Shown here: positions 46,001 to 56,102 of the stretch, piece after piece | Layout: each line of letters starts with the position of its first letter | Position numbering within the stretch: the stretch's first letter is position 1 | NCBI GenBank assembly: GCA_043228905.1 | Contig: JBHGNT010000001.1 | Coordinates: 12,710,001 to 12,774,000, forward strand | Length of the DNA: 64,000 bases | Reading direction: 5' to 3' | Source of the DNA: Azolla caroliniana | Taxonomy: Eukaryota > Plantae > Polypodiophyta | The notes under the pieces: model-generated | The model's input: only the letters and a program-made list of their open reading frames with translations | What the model was told of the DNA's origin: nothing | Database searches by the model: none | Position numbers and translations under genes: made by a program

Positions 46001-47752
46001 TTTACAAGGTGAAGCACAATGCCGACGGCTCTGTAAATCGCTTCAAAGCATGTCTTGTTGTGAAAGGATACGCACAAACCCACAACGTAGACTACGAAGA
46101 GACCTTTGCCCCGGTGGCAATGATGACCATTGCATGGACCGTAATTGCCCTGACAACAGTGAAAGGGTGGCACCTCCACCAGATGGACGTGAAAAACGCC
46201 TTCCTCCAAGGAGAATTAGAAGAGGAAGTGTATATGATTCAACCACCCGGATTTGAATCGCGTACCTATCTGCACGCCGTATGTCGACTTAAGAAACCAC
46301 TTTACGGTCTCAAACAAGCACCTCGTGCATGGCACTCAAAGATTACAGAGTATCTTCATTAGATCGGATTTCGAATGTCAAAATCTGATACTTCTTTGTA
46401 CATCCGAAACGAGTTGGATAGCTTGATTGTCATTATCCTTTACTTGGATGATTTGGTCATCGGAGGAAAAGATCTAGCCGAGATTAACAAGGTCAAATCA
46501 CTTCTTTCCGGCTGATTCGAAATGAAAGACCTGCACGATCTCCATTACTTCCTAGGCATTGAAGTAATTCGAACACCAGTCGGAATACTGATATCACAAT
46601 GGCACTACGTTCTCAACTTACTCTACAAGTTCGGAATGACCGAGTGCAAACATGTGACTACCCCTCTCGATCGTAATTTCGGCAACTTAATTTATCTAAC
46701 CATCATGAGACCTGACCTCAACTATTCGGTCGGCTTGCTTAGTCAATTTATGCAAAATCCACGAAATCTTCATCTGGATTGCGCTAAGCGGATACTTTGG
46801 TATGTCAGCACGACGATGGACTACGACAACATGTATAAGTCGAATACGATCATTCAACTCGAAGGGTACACAACCGCAGACTGGGCAGGATACAAAGCAG
46901 ATAGACGATCCACATCCGGATTTGTCTTCTCTCTTGGTAGCGGAGCAATCTCCTGGAGTAGTAAGAAGCAGTCGACAGTCGCACTGTCGAGCACGGAAAC
47001 CGAATACAGGGGCGCGGCCGTCACCGCATGTGAAGCCGTATGGCTCAAGCGTATACTGAAGGAGTTGGGCATACTCATCAAAGATCCAATTCGTCTATAC
47101 TGCGACAATATGAGTAGTATCTACCTGGTGCGGAACCCCGTATTCCACGCGTGGACTAAGCACATTGAAGTGCACTATCATTTCATCCGTGAGCGCGTAT
47201 AGGCCAGAGATATCGATTTACAACATCACAGTACGCACCTACAGGTAGCTGACATTTTCACGAAAGCCCTTGGTGTTGACAAGCTTCGGTAGTTTGCGTC
47301 GAACCTTGGCCTATCTCTTCCCGATCAGCCGAGCTTGAGGGGGAGTACAAAACAATGACAGTGAACCGATCGATTGATCGAAGCCGAACAAGTAATACGC
47401 AACCAAAAAGCTGAACAATCGAAGTTCGAAGCATCCCGAAGTATGAATCAAACAACGTACGCACGATATGCAAGTACGTAATACGTAGTTGATCGAAGCC
47501 GACGAGACGAGTCAAAGTACGAACCGAACAACCTTTTGATAGATAGAAGTTGTGTTCGAGGGGGTGTGTTGAGAGTCGAACTCAACTTCCCTTAGTAATA
47601 GGTTTCACACTAGCTCATGGACATACCCGGCTAGTTTTGTAAATTGTAGAAAGGGCACTTACCCTAGCTTAGGTGGTATTTAAACCAACTCTTTGTAACT
47701 TTGTTACTGTTGGATGTAATACATAGTTATCTATGTCTTAAGCTCTCTTTTA

Positions 47753-47789
<37 letters not shown>

Positions 47790-48885
47790 TGTTTTGCCTT
47801 ACGTACACAGACACACACTCAATTATCTTCCGTTGCATTACAACACTTGCTCCATTTTCTTTACAACGTGGAAAACCCTAAAGGGGAAAAAACCACGGGA
47901 GCCCACAGACTCCAAACTATCACTATATGAGAAAGGTACAATTAGAGACTCAGAGGCAACAACCTCGAGCTCTGTATCTTCGCCAAGCGGCAGTTACAAC
48001 AGAGTATCACTCAGTATCTCTCTCTCTCTAACAATATACAACAACAACTCTCATCACATATAAAGTGATTGCCCTAAGTCATATTTATACTCATATGACT
48101 TAAGGGCTATTTACAAATATAGCCTCAATGGGCTTTCTCTGAATTATTTACAAATATGTCCTTGGATCCGTTTTGCACTAGATCCATCCAGATTCACTCA
48201 ATCCGGTTTCCGGGTCTCATCCAACAAACTTCCCCTTCACTCCGACATGGGATTTCTTGTTAATCCGATCCTTCTTCGGCACGCGTCCAGCTTGTCGGTT
48301 GAAAGCACCTTGGTCAACATATCCGATCCGTTTTCCTTCATGTGGATCTTCGTCAGCATGAACTCTTGATCTTCTACCTTCTCTCGGAGCCAATGATATC
48401 TCCTCTGGATGTGCTTGGTCCGGGAATGGTAGGCCGCATTCTTCGCAAGGTGGATGGCACTTTGACTGTCGCAGTAGAGCCGCTATTCCTCCTATCAGAT
48501 CCCTAGCTCTTCGATGAAGTCCTTCATCCAGATTATCTCCTTGCCGGCTTCCATAGCTGCCATGTACTCCGCTTCCATTGTCGATAGTGCAACAGACTTC
48601 TGCAGCCTCGATTGCCATGATACAACTCCCCCTGCATAAGTCATCACATATCCGGATGTAGACCGGTTGGTATCCGCATCAACATATATATCCGAATCCA
48701 TGAATCCGTCAAGTTGGGGTTTACCGGAGCCAAACTGGAGGCACATACTCGAGGTGCCTTTCAGATACCGGAGTATCCACTTGATCACGTTCCAGTGCTC
48801 TCTACCTGGATTGCTCATGAACCGACTGACTACTCCGACAACATATGCAATATCCAGCCGGGTGCACACCATTGCGTACATTAAG
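42703..48885 (-). mobile_element. Copia element A1, 3' part: 3' LTR (42703-42843 + 47871-48226, split by element B), PPT, RNaseH/RT end
   Basis: LTR homologous to 58631-59078. PPT GAAGGGGAAGTT (minus) at 48227-48238. MYAMVCTRLDIAYVVGVVSRFMSNPG and SWQSRLQKSVALSTMEAEY. Confidence 0.85.
42844..47865 (+). mobile_element. Full-length but decayed Ty1/Copia element B (5022 bp) nested in the A1 LTR
   Basis: LTRs 42844-43134 and 47567-47865 (TG...CA, about 12 substitutions by eye). 5-bp TSD ACGTG (42839-42843, 47866-47870). PBS TGGTATCAAAGC 43135-43146; PPT GAGGGGGTG. gag-PR-IN-RT-RH order with many stops/frameshifts. Confidence 0.95.
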
Positions 48886-48974
48886 TGTTAATCCCGGGCT
48901 GGACAAGCCACTAACATAGGGTGTGCTTCTGGAACACTTCACCAAAGGGGTGGTACGGTAAGGAATGGGAAGAT
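48886..48974. mobile_element. Probable stub of a further LTR (element E), inserted in A1 RT and itself interrupted
   Basis: A1 RT stops abruptly at TTAAG|TGTTAATCCC. 89 bp later a new TGTAAC terminus begins. No other end in the window. Confidence 0.45.
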
Positions 48975-49275
48975 TGTAACATAGAACCGATCCTCTCCGA
49001 TTGTTATCCGGATCGATTAGTTACACGCGTAGGATCAACATCATTAAGCACAGAACGGAAATGACAAGATAAACAAGATATGAAAATAACAACACTTCTC
49101 TATTAATTATCCATCCCTAGTTACATCATATCCAGATCCTTTTATAGGTATCCGGTTGTGTTACAAACCAGTGCCAACCGGCAACCAACTACGAACTGGT
49201 CCGTATCCGGATCGACATACTGATTCCAGGTCCGTCCGTTCGATCTTATAATTATCATAATTAATTCTAGTTACA
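48975..49275 (-). mobile_element. 3' LTR of element D (301 bp)
   Basis: Inverted termini TGTAAC...GTTACA. Adjacent PPT GGGATAAAGGGAGT (minus) at 49276-49289. Confidence 0.75.
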
Positions 49276-49419
49276 ACTCCCTTTATCCCAAAACCGGCTA
49301 TGCTTTCATACTTTGGCTTAACCAGCCAACACATGGCACGCCCATGGGACAATACCTTGTACGTCGAACCCATGGTTTAACCACTTCACTCATCTTCCAG
49401 AATGTCTAGAATACTCTAG

Positions 49420-51802
49420 TCTAATGGTTCCAATGGTTCATTGGGTAGTTGCTCCATCTGCTTCTGCTGTTGCTCCGATTGTTGTTGTTGCTATTGTGGC
49501 TACTGCTGTTGTTGCTCTCCGGCCGGATCCTCCTCTCCGGCTCCATCCACTTCCGGCTCTACTGGCCTCGGCCCCTTCAGCTTTGGCTCCTCCGTCCTTA
49601 GCTTCTCCTATTGCTCCTGTTCCGCTTCCGCTGGCTCTTCGTTTTGGCTACTTCCGGTTGCTCCACTTGGGCTTCGTCTAACTGGCCTCCTCCAGTTCCG
49701 GCTACATTCGGTGGCTCTGAGGACTGCTCTCTGTCACTTATGTTGATTGTCGCCGTCATTTGTGATGCCACCTACCGTCTATGCTCCCGCTCGTACCGCT
49801 CAAATTGGAGTTGAGTGGCAAGCTAGTCATCATCCAACTATTCTACCAGGCGCCTCACAACTGCCAATTGTTCTCTTGCCAGTGGCAAGAAATCGTCCGA
49901 CAACTCATCCTGGATGGTTACAATGCTCTCTGCATCCATCTTGTAGAAGTTGTCACCGCCCTTTCTCTAGTTCTCAGCATCCGCTCACAAAGTCTGTAAT
50001 TCTACCACTTGTTGTGCCCATTTTGACCACTATTGCACTGAGTTTTCCTCAATCATACTCTTTGTCCTTTCTTTCCATGCTAGCACGATGGCGCGGATTT
50101 GGTTGAGCCCTATCTTGGATTTGTCCTCCGCAGCCTGCTTTTCCTCCTTTAACTTCTTTATCAGGCCTGCGGTTGCCTGTGCTTGCACCCCATATTCTAG
50201 CAATTGGGTCTGATACGTTGTCTGAACCCTATTCAGAGCCAATTTTGCTCTTTCCATCTCGTCATAGTGCTGTTCGGTGAGCACCGTCCTTTTTCTTGCC
50301 GCTTCCTCCAGCAGCTTTGCCGACTCAACCGCCTTCGTTTGTTCTTCTGCCAATGCCTCCGTTTCTTGGTTACTTCGTTCCAGAGTTCTCTTATCTTCTC
50401 TTGTTGCCGGTCATATTCTGTTATCAACTTCTTGTGCTCTGCTTCCAAGTGCTTGTAATCTCGGTGCAACCTTTCAAAGTCCTCGATCTTCTTATTTAAA
50501 CTCCAGTTGCTTTGACTTCTTGCTCGATCTTCTCTCTCTTTCTATTGTCGGTGCTCTTCTTTCAGTTGTTCAATCTCTCCTTCTGCCATCCGGCGTAGCG
50601 TGTCTTTTTCTTGCAGAAGTTTGTTGTTTTCCTCTTTTAACCGGTTGTTGGCTGCCTGAATCTTTTGGAGGTTTCCTTCTATTTTTCGCTTCTCCTCCTC
50701 CGATTTCTTCTTCTGCTCCCTGTCTCTGGCCTGCAAGGCCTCCTGAGCTGCTAACTCCTCCCTTAGGTTGGAGAGTTCTTGTTCGCGCACATTACTTGTG
50801 TCCGGCACTGTAGGAGCTACCAACGTGTTATTTATCCGTTCAGTCACCGGTGCCACTGGTTTTGGACCTATTTGTCATGAATTGACCTGTTTGGCCGCAT
50901 TTGCTTTGGCCTTTTTAACTTCTTCCTCCATGATCCGAATCCTCGACCGGGCTTTCTCGAGTTCTTCGGTTGTGGCGAACAACTGGTCCCCTTGTGCTCT
51001 CTCTTCGCCTTCAATCTGGCTTACCACCCTTGCCACATGCTCTCCGATCCAACGCAGTTATTGACTGCCAGTGTCTTGTTGCCTTGACGGTTTAGGTGTG
51101 GTGTCGGCTCTGGTCTCGCCTCAAGCCCTTGTTGTACTGTTGTTTCCAGTAACAACTCCTTTTCTTGTTGTGCATGTCGGCCCCGTTTCTTCGGCTTTAT
51201 TGCCGGCACTGGTGGTGCGAGGAGGGTGAGCCATTGGGCCATCGCTGTCCATACTTTCTTGCCATCTACTACGGATTGAATGGCCACTCGTAGAGAATCG
51301 GCGATGATTACCGGTCAATCCACTTTCACCCCTTCATATGTTACGATGATGAACCTGAATCTGTTCTTAGGCATTGCCGGGGGTCGCAGGTGCACGGACC
51401 CATACTCGTGGAGCACATGAGCCTTCTCGAAACAAGGCGTTGTCATCGCCTCGTGTCCGGTATGCTTTGCTGGCTAGGGAGTACTCACGGAAGAACTTCG
51501 TCAACGTCTCTGGGGATGGATTCTCAATAGAGTAGAACCCTCCCGCTAGCAATCCGATAAGGCAAGGATAGCCTCCTCTATTACTTCCTCCAGGCCGATC
51601 TTCTTTGCGACCTTTTTCGGGTCATCGTGGGGAGGTACTTCTACTATCCGGAGAAAACCCTCCAATCCATGTTGTGTATACCCTCCAATCCAATGAGGCG
51701 TCCATCTTCGGTGGTGATGGTAAGCTTTAGGATACCTACGGTAGCGTCTTGCGTTTTCAGTACTTCTGTCAGTCCTTCTAGGACTTGTATAAAAGTGTTC
51801 AT
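49420..51802 (-). pseudogene. Decayed ~2.3-kb extra ORF of element D (globular N-part, long coiled coil, Q-rich tail)
   Basis: Collinear minus-strand fragments: LLAGGFYSIENPSPETLTKFFREY; AIQSVVDGKKVWTAMAQWLTLLAPP; REQELSNLREELAAQEALQARDREQKK; AEEQTKAVESAKLLEEAARKR; QQQQSEQQQKQMEQLP. Broken by stops and frameshifts; start uncertain. Confidence 0.65.
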
Positions 51803-52064
51803 TGAACACACATTTGTATAGAGTGTGGTGAATAGAGATTGTGTACTTCTGTTATATTTTTTGTGTCTTCTCTCTCACTCTCTTTGTCTCTCCCGCGTAT
51901 ACCGTGTAAGCCCAAGCTCTCCATTGAACCTGAGTTTCCTTCCTTCTGTTCGGTCTTCATACTTGCTTCCGCACGTTACTTTCTATAGAATAGCGTGCGG
52001 AAGCAATAGAAAACCGAACACAGAAATGCAGGTTTAATGGAGAGCTTGAATATACACAGTACTC

Positions 52065-52137
<73 letters not shown>

Positions 52138-52433
52138 CACACAAACTCAAGTCAAAAAATAATAGTCAATCTGTACATAGGATGTGCTCAATGAGCACTT
52201 TTATACAAGTCCATACGAACTGACAGAAGTACTGACATGTACTTCAATGCTCATAAGTAAGCTCTACACTAACTCCCAAAATATATTCCTATGCGGAATA
52301 TCTTTCCAACGGCCTCGTGCTTTACGCATCACTACGACTTCTCGTTCCACGCCAATTTATGCACCGGTCTGACCTAACTGATCGATCCCAACCGATCCGG
52401 TTCTTGTCTTGCACAGCCGATCCGGCCAATGTT
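51757..52433. repeat. Imperfect inverted repeat: diverged LTR-like segment (51757-51985, +) abutting an inverted copy of the element C LTR (51986-52433, -)
   Basis: Both arms match 55648-56102 (GGACTTGTATAAAAGTG, CAAGCTCTCCATT.AACCTG, TTGCTTCCGCA). Centre TTCTA|TAGAA. Confidence 0.85.
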
Positions 52434-55400
52434 TCGAAACAGGTAGTGTTTGGATTGCCCAAATTTAGTGGCTAGAAGGCACGAATTTGTGAAGCCTGCC
52501 AGCTAGGGAAGGAACACTGACTTCCTTTCCCTAATGAGCATAACCGGAGCCGGAACAAGCTCGACTTGATACATTTCAATGTATGGGGGCTGGCACAGAA
52601 CATTAGTCTTGGCGGGAGTCGATATTTCGTCTCCTTCATCGACGACTATATGCGGCACACGTGGATCTACCTCATTGAGAAGAAGAGTGAAGTCTTCGAC
52701 TGTTTCCGGGACCTCAAGAGTTTCGTCAAAAGGGAAATAGGAAGAAAGATCAAGTGCTTGCGGTTAGATGGCGGAAAAGAGTACTTTTCCGGTCAATTCA
52801 ACGGGTATCTACAACAGATGGGAATTCGACGTGAATTTAGTTGTAGATATACGCCGGAGCAAAATGGTGTGGCCGAAAGGAAAAATTGGTCGGTTGTGGA
52901 AGCGGTGCGGGCAATGCTTGAAGAAAAGATCTTGCCCAAGTTCTATTGGGCCGAGGCGGTACGAACCGCGGTGTACATCTAGAATTGGATCGGAGACAAA
53001 GTGTCGGCGCATCAGGAGTATTTCGGAAGGAAGCTGAATCTACGACACTTGAGAGTTTTCGGTAGCATTGCATATGTGCATGTGCCGAAGGAGAAACGAA
53101 GGAAGTTGGACGAGAAATCTGAGAAGTGTATCTTAGTCGGCTATTCAAACGAGAAGAAGGGTTATAAGTGCTATAACCCCTGAACCAAACAAGCTCGTGT
53201 AAGCCACGACGTTGTGTTTGATGAGTCCGTGTCCTGGCACTTGCCTCTGACTCTGGACCTCAACTCCAATCCGAGCTCTAATGATGAGGTGCCTCCGGAT
53301 GAGGGTGAAATCGGGACCCTCGAAGAGAGTCCGATCTCGTTTTGGTTAAGTGGACCAAACGTGTGACTGGGTTGGTTTGACCAGTCCGAAGAAGGGCCGG
53401 TGAGTAGTGGAGACTCGGTCGTGCATTCCCCACGTAGGAAGCCAAGGAGATGGCTTACTCGCAAGGAAAAAGGGAAGAAGAAGGTGTCGGATTACGGCAC
53501 AGATAGGAACGAGTCGGATTGACACAAGTTCGACTCTGACGGAAGTGATGACGGGTCTTCGAGAGCGAAGTCCGCGTCGGCTAAGAAAGCCTCAACATTG
53601 GCTAATGAGCAATTACGCCGATCTACCCGCCAGAAGAACCCTGTTGTGCGGTTCGGATACAGTGAGTACATGGCGCATCACTATGTGTACATGACCCGTG
53701 TAGCGGAAGTGCGTGAGCCGGAGAGCTACGCAGAAGCGACGAAGGATGCGAATTGGCGTGCCACAATGGAGGAAGAGATGCGCATATTGGCTGAAAATGA
53801 AATATGGGACCTAGTTGACACACCGAAAGGTGTGAAGACGATCGGATGTAAGTGGGTGTACAAGGTCAGGTACAACAGTGACGGCTCAATTAACCGATAC
53901 AAGGCCCGGTTAGTAGCGAAAGGCTACGCGTAGCAACACGGCATCAACTATGATGAGACGTTTGCACCGGTCGCGAAGATGATGACCGTCCGCATTTTGC
54001 TTGTAGTAGCTGTGGCGAAGGGGTGGCACTTACATCAGATGGATGTAAAGAATGCGTTCCTGCAAGGTGAGCTTGAGGAACAGGTGTACATGGTACAACC
54101 CCCCAGATTTCACTCCAGAACGAACACCTCAGCGGTGTGCTGGTTTAAGAAGTCCCTTTACGGACTAAATCAAGAACCATGTGCCTGGAACACGAAGATC
54201 ATGCAACGATTGCGTCGGATGGGCTTTGGGACGTCAAAATCGGACTCCACACTGTTCGTCTGGAAAGGTCGACTTGGGCCAATTAGCATTTTACTTTATG
54301 TTGATGAATTGGTCATCATCGACGCCAACGACCTAGGTGAAATTAACCGCATAAAGCTCCAGCTCGCGGCATCATTTGACATGAAGGACCTGGGGGACCT
54401 TGATTACTTCCTCGGGATTGAAGTGATCCGTCCTCCCGAGGGCATACTGATCAGCCAATGACATTACGTGGTGAGTATGCTCTTCAAATTCGGGACGGCC
54501 GACTGTAAGTCTGTCTCGACTCCTCTAGATAGTCGGTCTCGACTATAAGTCTATGTTGAATCCTTTGGCGTGACCTACAGAAGAGCACCTTCAGTGTGCG
54601 CAACGCGTACTGCGGTACGTAAGCAGCATTAAGGACCGGGGGCTACGATATCGGACCGGTTCAACCCTGCAATTGGTCGGCTACACCGATGCCGACTGGG
54701 TCAGAAACGTCGCCGATTGCCGACCCACGTCCGATTTCACGTTCTCTCTTGGGAGTGCCGCGATCGCGTGGAGTAGCAAGAAGAGGCCGATAGTTGTGTT
54801 GTCGAGCACCGAAGCCGAGTATAGAGGAGCGGCAGTCGCAACATGTGAAGCCATATGGTTGAAGCAACTACTTAAGGATCTACAGGTTGAGGTATCCGAT
54901 CCAACGAAAATCTACTGCGACAACCTCAACAACATCCAGCTAGCAAAGAACCACGTCTTCCACACTCGGACTAAGCACATTGAGGTGCACTACCATTTCG
55001 TCCGTGGGCGCGTCCTCTCCGGTGAAGTCAGACTTCAATATGTTCCGACGGATCAGTAGACCGCCGACATCTTCACCAAGCCTTTTGGTCTGGACAAGTT
55101 GCGGCAATTGTCGGGTGCACTTGGGTTGTGTCACCTCGACGTGCCAAACTTGAGGGGGAGAGAAGTTCCGGAAGACCGCGACGCCGAGTCGGATGACGAA
55201 TTTGATTTCGGATCGGCTGAAGATGCCGAGGGTGGACCCGCGGAAGTTTCCGAAAGCGGACATAAGGGGAGCAGTTGAAAGAAAGAGCCGAAGCCAACCA
55301 AGCATGGGGTAGATGAAGCCATCAAGTGCGAGAGAACCAAAGATGAGTTAGACACAACCACCTCGGACGGAAGCGAAAACCGATCGGAGGAAGCCGAGTC

Positions 55401-56102
55401 GGTTCGTATGTTTGATTCGCATACACCGAATCAACTAAGGACCAACCGGAAGAAAAGGCAGTAGAAGAAGTGCCAACACCACAACAACAACGGAGCTGAG
55501 AAGGGCCGCACGGGCACGCACGCCGAGAAGGGTCAAGGCGCGCAGAATTGAACAGGTCGAGGAGCGCGAGCAAGGTGTGGAGTCAGAAGGAACCGGAGCG
55601 TAGATCCGGAAGAGCGGATGGAACCTGAAGTTGAGCTTGAGGGGGAGTGTTGAGATACATGCTCAACATTGGCCGGCTCGGCTGTGCAAGCCGAGAACCG
55701 GATCGGTTGGGATCGATCGGTTAGGTCAGACCGATGCATAAACCGGGTTCGTAAACCGGTGCACAGACCGGCGTGCAACGAGAAGCCGTAGCGGTGCGTA
55801 AACCGCGAGGCCGTTGGAAAGATATTCCGTGAAGGAATATATTTTGGGAGTTAGTGTAGAGCTCACTTATGAGCATTGAAGTACGTGTCAAAACTTCTGA
55901 CAGTCCGTATGGACTTGTATAAAAGTGCTCACTGAGCACATCCTATGTAGAGATTGAGTATTATTTTTTGAATTGAGTTTGTGTGCATTCTCTCTCTCTA
56001 TGTCTGTCTCTCCTAAGTACTGTGTATATTCAAGCTCTCCATTAAACCTGCATTTCTGTGTTCGGTTTTCTATTGCTTCCGCATGCTATTCTTTTCACAA
56101 CA
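52434..56102 (+). mobile_element. 5'-truncated Ty1/Copia element C (pre-integrase, IN, RT, RH, 3' LTR 55648-56102)
   Basis: ICEACQLGK, YFVSFIDD, CLRLDGGKEY, TPEQNGVAERKN, QMDVKNAFLQGELEE, MKDLGDL, KHIEVHYHFVR. PPT CTTGAGGGGGAG then TGTTG...CAACA LTR. Confidence 0.9.

Noticed and set aside
49390-49420. HSE-like TTCCAGAATGTCTAGAA near the D PPT
   Set aside because: Only two units are in register; the third is offset.
46660-54570. RT deletions right after the TPLD motif in both B and C as a shared non-autonomous design
   Set aside because: The deletions differ in extent and both elements are generally decayed; coincidence cannot be excluded from two copies.
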